Part shown: positions 43,102 through 50,996 of the stretch, in pieces
Layout: every line of letters begins with the position of its first letter
How positions within the stretch are numbered: position 1 is the first letter of the stretch
NCBI GenBank assembly: GCA_965202655.1
Contig: CBDBBK010000002.1
Location: forward strand, 1,170,528-1,234,527
DNA from: Vicinamibacterales bacterium
GTDB taxonomy: Bacteria > Acidobacteriota > Vicinamibacteria > Vicinamibacterales > UBA8438
Direction: 5' to 3'
Length of the DNA stretch: 64,000 nt
Translations under genes and position numbers: made by a program
The notes under the pieces: generated by a model
Told to the model about the DNA's origin: nothing
What the model saw: the letters and a program-made list of their open reading frames with translations, nothing else
The model's database searches: none

Positions 43102-44988
43102 GTGCCCGTACGGCGAACCGGAGCGTCTTCCCGGGACGCAGTCGCCGTGCGGCCCATTGCGCTGGCGATTCTCATTGGGATCCTGCTGGCGACTGTCGCG
43201 GGAGCGGATGCGCAGGAGGCCGAGCTGAAGGCGACCGCCCCGATACCCGTAGCGCCCCGTGACGGTATCCGGCTTGGCAACGTCCCGCCGTTCGTCACCC
43301 TGAGCGCAGAGCCTGCGATGGGTATTTTCGCCCCGGCGGTCTTCGACTATCGCTTTGAGGTCTACGTCCGCGGGACGCTCGTGGTTTCTTCGGTGGTGTC
43401 GCAGAGAGACGCCCGCGTGTCCTACCGCTTCCCGGGTCCGATGACCGGAGAGACCGTCTACGCCTGGCGGGTGCGCGCCGAGTTGGATGGGGCTGCCGGT
43501 CCCTGGTCCGAAACCTGGACCTTCGAGACCGGCCTTCCGGCGGGAGCGCAGCTTCGGTTCACGGACGTCACCGGATCGTCGGGTCTCGCGGGGCCCCCGC
43601 CGATTCCCCTCGGCGGGCATGGCGCGGCCTTTGCTGACGCGACGGAAGACGGGAAACCCGATCTCTACATCACGGTCAACTTCGACGATCCGGTAGCCGA
43701 CCAGTTCTTCGTCAACCAGGGTGGGGGAAGGTTTCTGGAGGCTGGCGTCTCCCGCGGGATTGCGGATTTCGACGGCGGCTCGCACGGTGCCGTCTGGGGC
43801 GATCTCGACAACGACGGTGACTACGACCTGTTCAATGGAACTACGGGCGGCCGGGCGGGGGCTTCGAACGATGTCTATCGAAATGATGGCAGGGGGCGGT
43901 TCCGCGATACGACTCCTTCAGCGATGCGGGACCGGCGGGAGTCGACGCGCGGCGTAGCACTCTTCGATATGGATCGGGACGGCGACCTTGACGCGTTTGC
44001 GGTCTCCGGCTGGCTCGGTTCCGGAGATCCGTCGGGGGAGCGGAACGAGCTCTACCGCAACGACGGCGAGATGCGCTTCTCGCCGATCGATGACGTTGCG
44101 GCTGTCGGGGCTCCCGCCGGGCAGGGCGTAACCGACACGGATTTCGACGGGGACGGCGACATCGACCTGATTGCCGCCAATCGTGATGGCAACCTCGTGG
44201 TTCTCAGAAACGGTGGCAACGGATTCACATTGGTCGATCCCGCGGCAATCGGCATCATGCACCGTGCGTTCAGTGGCGTCACGACGGCGGACATCGACAA
44301 CGACGGGGATCTGGACCTGCTGCTCGTCGGTCTCGACGCCGTCGGCGAGACGGTCGGCCACCTCTACCGAAACCTCGGGGGAGGAACCTTCGGCTACCTG
44401 CGCAGTTTCGTGGACATCGACGGCTATATGGGAGCCTTCGCGGATCTCGATCACGACAGCGATGTCGATCTGGTGTTCGCCGGCGACGATGTCGTCTACC
44501 TGAACGACGGCGCAGGTGTTTTTTCGTCAGGACCGCCGGTGCCGGTGCGGGGCATTGATGACCCGCGGGCCATTGCGTTCGCCGATATCGACGCCGATGG
44601 GGATCTCGACTTTGCAGTCGGGGCAAAGCGGAGCCGGAACTGGCTTGTTCGCAACGACCTGGATGTGGACTACACGAACTGGTTGAAGATCAGCCTCCGG
44701 TCGGCCCAGGGGCAGGCCGGTGGATTCGGCGCCAAGATCGCCGTCTATCCGACCTCGCGCAGGGAACGGGTGGTTGCCTTTCGCGAGAGCCGAAGCGCGA
44801 GCGGCTACCTCGGTCAGGACGATCCCGTTGTGCATGTGGGTCTTGGTACCCACACGACGGTTGACGTCGTGGTGACGTTCATCGATGGCGCCATGCACGT
44901 GTTGTCAGGCGTCCCGTCGAATCGGACTGTCACGATCGATGCGAGTGCCGGCGGCGGCGCGCCGGTGTTCATCGGACGGTACCGGTGA
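43102..44988 (+). CDS. CRTAC1-like protein (FG-GAP/VCBS repeats plus ASPIC/UnbV-like C-terminus) with an N-terminal YxWRVRA module; third copy
   Basis: VYAWRVRAELDGAAGPWSETWTFET, then DLDNDGDYDLF, DMDRDGDLDAF, DFDGDGDIDLI, DIDNDGDLDLLL, DLDHDSDVDLVF, DIDADGDLDFAV. C-terminal NWLKISLRS...GAKIAVYP...SGYLGQDDPVVHVGLG. Start uncertain (GTG 43102 or track start 43063). Confidence 0.75.
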   Translation: MPVRRTGASSRDAVAVRPIALAILIGILLATVAGADAQEAELKATAPIPVAPRDGIRLGNVPPFVTLSAEPAMGIFAPAVFDYRFEVYVRGTLVVSSVVSQRDARVSYRFPGPMTGETVYAWRVRAELDGAAGPWSETWTFETGLPAGAQLRFTDVTGSSGLAGPPPIPLGGHGAAFADATEDGKPDLYITVNFDDPVADQFFVNQGGGRFLEAGVSRGIADFDGGSHGAVWGDLDNDGDYDLFNGTTGGRAGASNDVYRNDGRGRFRDTTPSAMRDRRESTRGVALFDMDRDGDLDAFAVSGWLGSGDPSGERNELYRNDGEMRFSPIDDVAAVGAPAGQGVTDTDFDGDGDIDLIAANRDGNLVVLRNGGNGFTLVDPAAIGIMHRAFSGVTTADIDNDGDLDLLLVGLDAVGETVGHLYRNLGGGTFGYLRSFVDIDGYMGAFADLDHDSDVDLVFAGDDVVYLNDGAGVFSSGPPVPVRGIDDPRAIAFADIDADGDLDFAVGAKRSRNWLVRNDLDVDYTNWLKISLRSAQGQAGGFGAKIAVYPTSRRERVVAFRESRSASGYLGQDDPVVHVGLGTHTTVDVVVTFIDGAMHVLSGVPSNRTVTIDASAGGGAPVFIGRYR

Positions 44989-45000
44989 GCTGGCGCGCCC

Positions 45001-45729
45001 TCACGGTTGGGTCGGTGAGAGTGGCTTGCGCGCGACGAACGCGATTGTCTCGAACAGGTTCTTTCGGACGCGGAAGATCGTTTCCTCTGTCCGTGTCCAC
45101 CGCGACAACGCATCGACGCCGGGCAGATTGACCAGAAGTGCGCCGGCCGCAAGCAAGTCCCGCTGAAGGCCGGTTGCGGCGCCGATGCTCCGAACCGTGG
45201 TTGCGATCTCGAACCCGCCGTCGTACAGCAGTTGCCGCACGCGCCGTTCGGTCGTGACAAAGTTGTGTGTGTAGTCGATGTCCCAGAAGAAGGCTCGCTC
45301 CTTCAGATAGTCTGGAACGACAACGAAGAGAACGCCGCCCGGCCGCAACGCGCGCAGACCCTCCGCGACGAACGCCCGGGCCGCGTCGATTCCCGTCATG
45401 TGCTCGAGCACCTGATCGGCGTAGATGACGTCGCAACTCGTATCGTCCGCCGGGATGGGTGGGGACCACGCCTCGGTCACGGCCAGGCCGCGGGCACGCA
45501 GGGCGGCCGCCAGCGTGGGGCTTGCCTCGACCGCGCGGTAGCGCCATCCTGCTTCGACTGCCCGGACTGCAAGTGAGCCATCGCCCGGCCCTATCTCCAC
45601 GAAGTCACCCGGCGGCGACGCGAAGCGATGCAGCAGCGCGAGGCGCGCTTGCTCGACGCGCCGACGGCGCGAGGCGCCAAACGCGGTCTGTCGGCGTTCA
45701 CGGAAGGAACGGTAGAAGTCCTCGGCCAC
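45001..45729 (-). CDS. Class I SAM-dependent methyltransferase
   Basis: Motif I FVEIGPGDGSL, DVIYADQVLEHM, LRPGGVLFVVVP. GTG start overlaps the upstream stop by 1 nt (TAGTG). Confidence 0.8.
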   Translation of the reverse strand: MAEDFYRSFRERRQTAFGASRRRRVEQARLALLHRFASPPGDFVEIGPGDGSLAVRAVEAGWRYRAVEASPTLAAALRARGLAVTEAWSPPIPADDTSCDVIYADQVLEHMTGIDAARAFVAEGLRALRPGGVLFVVVPDYLKERAFFWDIDYTHNFVTTERRVRQLLYDGGFEIATTVRSIGAATGLQRDLLAAGALLVNLPGVDALSRWTRTEETIFRVRKNLFETIAFVARKPLSPTQP

Positions 45730-46673
45730 TACGACCGCGCTCCGGCCATTCGGCTGCGGATCAGGAGAAGGGCGCCCGGTGTTGCGCTGAGCAGGGCGGC
45801 GAGTACGAGGATCGTGGACAGCGCGAACGACTGCTCGTCAGGAACGCCGACCGGGCGGAGAAGCGCGACCATGGCGCCCTGCGCCACTCCCACTCCGGCA
45901 ATCGAGATGGGTAGCAGCGCAGCCAGGATGCAGACCGGCATGAACGCGAAATAGTAGCTGAATGCAACCTCGATCCCGAGGCCGAGGCCGAAGACGTACG
46001 CCTGCAGGACACGGGTAACCTGCACGGCGAACGATAGCGCCAGGAGACCGGCGATCAGACGTCCGTGCCGGCGGTACTGGCCGAGGGTTCGGGCGAGGCC
46101 ATGAGCCCGTTCCGACAGCCAGTTTCTCTCGTGACGAGGCTGGCCGGCCAGCGCGAGCAACCGATCCGCCCAGAGGAGGCCGGCGGCCCCGGCGACGACG
46201 GCTACCGCCAGCACCGCGCTCACCTGCCGTAACTCCGGCACCGCTTGATTGCTCCACAGAACCAATCCCATTGCGGCGAGCAATGCGAGCGAACAGATGC
46301 CGAGATAGCGATCGACGACGACGAGACCGACCGCGTCCGCGCCACGCGAGGTGCGCTGCGCAATAGCGTATGCCCGCACTGCATCGGCGCCGAAGCCGCT
46401 CGGCAACGCGTGGCCGATCGACGCGCCGACGAGAAAGACCCAGACGGCGGAGCGGATCGATACCGTGCGCTCGAACCGGCGGATCAGCATCACCCAGCGC
46501 GTAATCATCAACGCGCGGTCGAACGCCACCAGCAACAGGCCGGTGACGAGATGCAACGCCGTGATCGCCGTCATGCTGCGGATCGTCGCGTCCAGGTCGA
46601 TCCGCGCGAGAAGCCAGGAGAGCAGGGCGGCACTGACGGCGGCGCGGAACCAGACGGATCGGAATACGCGCAC
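45729..46673 (-). CDS. Flippase-like / lysylphosphatidylglycerol-synthase TM-region family membrane protein (UPF0104)
   Basis: About 8 TM helices. N-terminal pattern FRAAVSAALLSWLLARIDLD..I......I....L..GLLLV and R.W..L. typical of PF03706-type proteins often found next to GT2 genes. Family call is by pattern. Confidence 0.65.
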   Translation of the reverse strand: MRVFRSVWFRAAVSAALLSWLLARIDLDATIRSMTAITALHLVTGLLLVAFDRALMITRWVMLIRRFERTVSIRSAVWVFLVGASIGHALPSGFGADAVRAYAIAQRTSRGADAVGLVVVDRYLGICSLALLAAMGLVLWSNQAVPELRQVSAVLAVAVVAGAAGLLWADRLLALAGQPRHERNWLSERAHGLARTLGQYRRHGRLIAGLLALSFAVQVTRVLQAYVFGLGLGIEVAFSYYFAFMPVCILAALLPISIAGVGVAQGAMVALLRPVGVPDEQSFALSTILVLAALLSATPGALLLIRSRMAGARS

Positions 46674-46902
46674 GGCGCGCTACCGCAGGGACTTCCCGCG
46701 CCCGGCGGCATTTGCGCAGGGGGGCTCGTGGAATGCGCGATCGATCAGGAGCGCGCGGGCGGCTTGTTCTCGCAAGAAGGCCAGGATCGTAGCGGATCCT
46801 GGCATGGATGCCCATAGATCCCCCGTTTGGGCTGTGCTAGCATCCCGACGTTTGCCGTCGCGCCCCGACCTCATCGGCCGAGACCCTGCGGTGTTCCGCA
46901 GG

Positions 46903-47652
46903 ATGCCTGCTCGGCGTTCCTCTGTCCGTTGCGCCCTTGCGCTGCTCGCACTGACCCTGCTTGCTCCCGGCCGCGCCGCTGCGCAGTGGAACGGGTTCAT
47001 TCACATCAACGGCGGTCGGGCGAAGGCAAACCGGGTCGTCACCGACACGCTCCGCGCGGACGTCTATGGCGAGACGGCCACGTACGACGCAACCACGACG
47101 TCACCCGGTGGAACAGTAGTGGACGCCTGGGCTGGCGTGCGCATCGTGGGGAATCTGGGCGTCGGCATCGGCGTAACGGTCCTCGACGGACGGGGGGTAA
47201 TCGTGCTGGATGGCTCCGTGCCGTCACCGCTGTTCGCCGGACGCCACCGTAATCTGTCACACGAGCAGGGCGGGGTGAAACACCGGCAGTTCGGTCTGCA
47301 CGTCCCGGTGGTCTACACGATCCCGTTCTCGGAACGGATCCACGTCGCCGTGCTTGCGGGGCCATCCCTGTTTAGACTGCAGCACGATGCGCTGTCCGCC
47401 GTTTCTCTGGGTGACGAGGTCTCCCCGTACGACAGGGTGCCCTTCATCGGCTTGACCACGACCGTCGAGAACGGGACCGGTATCGGCTACCACGCCGGCC
47501 TCGACGTGACGTACCTGTTCACCCGGTGGTTGGGAGCGGGGTTTCTCATCCGCCACACCGCTGGAATGGTCGAGCTCGAGATGCCGGGCGGTCGGCAGGC
47601 GATAGATGTGGGCGGCACCCAGGCCAGTGCGGGCCTCCGCTTCCGGTTCTGA
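46903..47652 (+). CDS. Outer-membrane beta-barrel protein (paralog of 32864..33622)
   Basis: Signal peptide MPARRSSVRCALALLALTLLAPGRAAAQ and C-terminus GGTQASAGLRFRF. An in-frame TTG at 46852 lies 8 nt after a TAGCAT box (46838-46843) and is an alternative start. Confidence 0.65.
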   Translation: MPARRSSVRCALALLALTLLAPGRAAAQWNGFIHINGGRAKANRVVTDTLRADVYGETATYDATTTSPGGTVVDAWAGVRIVGNLGVGIGVTVLDGRGVIVLDGSVPSPLFAGRHRNLSHEQGGVKHRQFGLHVPVVYTIPFSERIHVAVLAGPSLFRLQHDALSAVSLGDEVSPYDRVPFIGLTTTVENGTGIGYHAGLDVTYLFTRWLGAGFLIRHTAGMVELEMPGGRQAIDVGGTQASAGLRFRF

Positions 47653-47654
47653 CA

Positions 47655-48575
47655 ATGGGCCTTGACCCGAAAGCCACGCAGTTCCTGCTGGCGGCGCGCG
47701 GTTTGGGAGCGTCGTTGGAGTGCGTGGCCACTATCGGCCGGCAACGCCTGTACGTAACGCCCGCCTGGCTGCGTTCACGCCTGCGAGCCGTCGGTATGCC
47801 CCTCGATTCCGCAGCCACGGCCAGGTTGTTCGAAGAAGCTGACGGATTCGCCGAGCCGCTCCTGCGAGTGCTCGGAGCGAGGCGGATAGTCTCTCTCGAC
47901 GCCTCCGGTTACGAAGGCGCGTCGCGCGTTACGGACTTGAACGCGAAGATCCCTCCCGATCTGGAGAACGCCTTCACCACGGTGCTCGACTCCGGCTCGC
48001 TCGAGCACGTGTTCGACTTCCCGACCGCGATCACCAATTGCATGCGCATGGTTGCGCCTGATGGCCACCTGCTCGTTGTTACTCCCGCCAACAACATGCC
48101 TGGTCACGGGTTCTATCAGTTCAGCCCCGAGCTGTTCTACCGTGTCCTGTCCGAGTCGAACGGCTTCTTGATGGAACGGATGCTGGCCACCGAATTGTCG
48201 TCCGCCCGTTGGTACGAAGTGGCCGATCCTGCTGTCATCGGAACTCGTGTGCAGTTCCGGACCTTCCGTCCGACCTATATCTGTGTCATTGCTCGCCGGG
48301 TGGCAGTGCGGCCCGTGCTGGTTGATCCGCCTCAACAGAGCGATTATGTGACCCGTTGGCAGAACCTCGGGAGGACGGATGCCGACGCGGTACGATCGCA
48401 CTTGCACCCACTGGACAGGCATATGCCCCACTGGCTGGCCACGATCGCGAAGAGCTGGGGGCACCTGGGGCAGGTATTGCTGCGCCCCTTCGATCCCCAA
48501 GCGTTCAAGCGAGTAGATATCGCTCGACTGGCAACCGACGGCGGCGCTGCCCCTACTTCCGGCAGAACGCCATGA
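47655..48575 (+). CDS. Putative SAM-dependent methyltransferase-like protein
   Basis: ATG 47655 lies 2 nt after the upstream stop. FTTVLDSGSLEHVFDFPTAITNCMRMVAPDGHLLVVTPANN resembles the post-I/II/III motifs of class I methyltransferases. A canonical GxGxG motif is not evident. Confidence 0.5.
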   Translation: MGLDPKATQFLLAARGLGASLECVATIGRQRLYVTPAWLRSRLRAVGMPLDSAATARLFEEADGFAEPLLRVLGARRIVSLDASGYEGASRVTDLNAKIPPDLENAFTTVLDSGSLEHVFDFPTAITNCMRMVAPDGHLLVVTPANNMPGHGFYQFSPELFYRVLSESNGFLMERMLATELSSARWYEVADPAVIGTRVQFRTFRPTYICVIARRVAVRPVLVDPPQQSDYVTRWQNLGRTDADAVRSHLHPLDRHMPHWLATIAKSWGHLGQVLLRPFDPQAFKRVDIARLATDGGAAPTSGRTP

Positions 48576-49341
48576 GGTGCCAGCCGAGTGGACGCACCAG
48601 GCGGCGCGGCAGCGCGTTGAACGTCCCGACGAACAGCCGGTTGTAGACTGCGGCCTTCCAGCCTCTGTGCAGGCGCGACGGGACCGGGAAGCGTTCCGGG
48701 ACGATCCGCACGTCGGCGAACGGATCGAGCAGGCGCCGGAACTCGCCGATCGTGAACGTCCGGAGCGCCGGCGCGTCGGCATGCTCGAGGGCGGTGCCGG
48801 TCAGCGCCGACATCGCACTGAGCCACGACCGTCGGTTGTAGACCATCACGATAGCCTCGCCGCCTGGCCGGAGCACGCGGTGGGCCTCGCGGATCAGCCG
48901 TACCGGATCCGCCGTGTACTGCACGACGCCGTGCGCATAGACGGCATCGAACGCGTGGTCGTCGAACGGAAGGGCTTCGCCATCGGCGACTTCCAGCGCG
49001 TCGGCTTCGACGCCGTGCAGCTCGACGTTGCGCCGGGCCAGATCGATTGCCTGCTGCGCCAGATCGACGCCGGTCATTCGCGCGCCGCCCCGCGCGAAGC
49101 GGACCAGGTCCGTCCCGATGCCGCAACCGATCTCCAGCACGCGCCGGCCGCGGTAACCGTCGAAGTCGACCAGACGCGGCAGGTACCGCAGCTTGTCGAA
49201 GCGGTAGTCGTCGAGGTCGTCGAAGAAAGCGAGTGTCCCCGCCGGCGCGCCGCTCATTTCCTGATCGTGAATCCGCCCGTTCCAATACGTGCGAATCCGC
49301 TCGATGAGGGGAGGGCCGGACGGCTCGGGAGAGGCGATCAC
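48553..49341 (-). CDS. Class I SAM-dependent methyltransferase (Methyltransf_11-like)
   Basis: RRVLEIGCGIGTDL, GVDL, FDAVYAHGVVQYT, LRPGGEAIVMVYN. GTG 49341 lies 9 nt after TATACT. Confidence 0.85.
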   Translation of the reverse strand: MIASPEPSGPPLIERIRTYWNGRIHDQEMSGAPAGTLAFFDDLDDYRFDKLRYLPRLVDFDGYRGRRVLEIGCGIGTDLVRFARGGARMTGVDLAQQAIDLARRNVELHGVEADALEVADGEALPFDDHAFDAVYAHGVVQYTADPVRLIREAHRVLRPGGEAIVMVYNRRSWLSAMSALTGTALEHADAPALRTFTIGEFRRLLDPFADVRIVPERFPVPSRLHRGWKAAVYNRLFVGTFNALPRRLVRPLGWHLMAFCRK

Positions 49342-49361
49342 GCGGGGGGTAGTATACGGGC
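49342..49361. promoter_or_regulatory. 20-bp divergent intergenic core with overlapping -10 boxes (TAGTAT plus strand, TATACT minus strand)
   Basis: Sequence gcggggggtagtatacgggc. TAGTAT 49350-49355, then 6 nt, then GTG 49362. TATACT (complement of 49351-49356), then 9 nt, then GTG 49341. Confidence 0.5.
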
Positions 49362-50996
49362 GTGCGACGCGACCTGGCCGCGCTGACGGCGCGCGAGTTC
49401 GACCTGCTCGTCGTCGGCGGCGGGGTCTATGGCGCGTTCGCCTTCTGGGACGCGACGCTGCGGGGACTGGCGGCGGCGCTGATCGATCGCGGCGACATCG
49501 GTGCCGGAACCTCGTTCAACAGCGCGAAGACCCTCCACAGCGGCGTCCGCGTATTGCAGACCGGCAACCTGGCTCTGTTGCGCCGGTTTGCGCGCGAGCG
49601 GCGCGCGCTGATGCGCATTGCCCCGCATCTCGTCCGGCCGCTCCCGTTCGTGCTGCCGGCCGGCGGGGAGATCACGCGGCATCGCCTGCTGCTCCGCACC
49701 TACTTCGCGATCAGTGAACGGCTGACGCGCGGGGGAAACGATGGCCCGGAAGCACCCGCCGCGCGCCTGCCTCCGAGCCGCCCCCTGTCGCGCGACGAGT
49801 GCCTCCGCCTCAATCCGCTGATCGATCCCAGCGGCGTGACCGGCGGTATCGAGTGGTTCGACGGCCAGATGCGCAACGGCGACCGGATGCACTTCTCGGC
49901 CGTTGCCGCCGCGGTGGAGCGGGGCGCCGTCGCGGCGAACTATGTCGAGGCGGACGGGGCGCTCTGGCGCGGGGGAGACGTTGCCGGCGTGCGCGCCATC
50001 GATCGGCTGACCGGCGACGGGCTGGATATCCGTGCGCGCGTCGTGCTCAACGCGGCCGGCCCCTGGGCGCCCACCCTCAATGGCCGTCTCGCCGACGGCG
50101 CCTCCGCCGCGCTGTGTCCGCGTCTGTCGAAGGCGATGAACCTGGTGATCGACTCGCCGCTCCCGGGAACCCATGCCGTTGCGGGAGCCGCCCGCGGCCG
50201 GCTGTTCTTCGTCGCGCCGTGGCGGGAGGTGGCCATCGTCGGAACCAGCCACGACCGGTACCGTGGCGGCCCCGGCGCGCTTTCCCTCGATCGGGCCGAG
50301 ATCGAGCGGTTCGTCGACGAAGTGCGTGAGGCGTTTCCGGCGCTGCCGCTCCGGATGGACGACGTCCGGCTCGTGCACCGCGGCCTGTTGCCGGCTGCGC
50401 GGGGCGGCGATGGCCTGCAACTGGCGACGGAGAGCGCGGTCGTCGACCACCGGCGCGACGCCATCCACGGGCTGGTCAGCCTGCTCGGCGTGCGCTACAC
50501 GACGGCGCGCGACACGGCCGAACGGGCGGTCGACGCCGTTGTCGATCAGGTGGGGCGCACCGTCGATGCGTGCCGGACCGCGACGACCCCGCTCGCCGGC
50601 GGCGACATGCCGGACGTCGACGCGTTCGTGCGCGAAGCCGCCGCGGAGGGGGATGGCGAGCTGTCGACCGGCCTGCGCCGCCGCCTGGCCTGCACCTATG
50701 GCACGCGCTACCGTGCCCTGGCGGCTGAACTCGCGGCGTCGCCGGAGGCGCGCGCGCCGCTCGGCCCGACATGTGGCATAACCGCCGGTGAAGTGCGCCA
50801 CGCCGTCCGCGAAGAGATGGCGGTGCGGCTCTCGGACGTCCTGCTGCGGAGAACGGAAGCCGGATCGGCGGGCGATCCGGGCGACGAAGCGGTCTTGACC
50901 GCCGCGCGAATCATGGCGGGCGAGCTGGGGTGGACGGAAACGCAGGTGGAGCAGGAAGTGGCGGACCTGCGGCGCGTCTATCAGCTTCCCGGCTGA
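49362..50996 (+). CDS. FAD-dependent glycerol-3-phosphate dehydrogenase/oxidase-like oxidoreductase (GlpD-like)
   Basis: N-terminal FDLLVVGGGVYGAFAFWDATLRGL (FAD dinucleotide fold), SFNSAKTLHSGVR, RMHFS, VLNAAGPWA, and a C-terminal alpha-helical domain as in GlpD. Confidence 0.8.
   Translation: MRRDLAALTAREFDLLVVGGGVYGAFAFWDATLRGLAAALIDRGDIGAGTSFNSAKTLHSGVRVLQTGNLALLRRFARERRALMRIAPHLVRPLPFVLPAGGEITRHRLLLRTYFAISERLTRGGNDGPEAPAARLPPSRPLSRDECLRLNPLIDPSGVTGGIEWFDGQMRNGDRMHFSAVAAAVERGAVAANYVEADGALWRGGDVAGVRAIDRLTGDGLDIRARVVLNAAGPWAPTLNGRLADGASAALCPRLSKAMNLVIDSPLPGTHAVAGAARGRLFFVAPWREVAIVGTSHDRYRGGPGALSLDRAEIERFVDEVREAFPALPLRMDDVRLVHRGLLPAARGGDGLQLATESAVVDHRRDAIHGLVSLLGVRYTTARDTAERAVDAVVDQVGRTVDACRTATTPLAGGDMPDVDAFVREAAAEGDGELSTGLRRRLACTYGTRYRALAAELAASPEARAPLGPTCGITAGEVRHAVREEMAVRLSDVLLRRTEAGSAGDPGDEAVLTAARIMAGELGWTETQVEQEVADLRRVYQLPG

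Noticed and set aside
44989-45000. Short GC palindromes in convergent gaps (GGCGCGCC at about 44992, GGCCGGCC at about 14135) as possible terminators or sites
   Set aside because: Eight-bp all-GC palindromes are expected frequently by chance at this base composition, and each occurs only once in that context here.
46852-46902. TTG 46852 as the leaderless start of the beta-barrel gene (8 nt after TAGCAT 46838-46843)
   Set aside because: It is in frame, but it would add 17 residues (LPSRPDLIGRDPAVFRR) ahead of an otherwise canonical signal peptide that begins at ATG 46903. It is kept as an alternative, not as the call. The TAGCAT box may simply drive a leader of about 55 nt.
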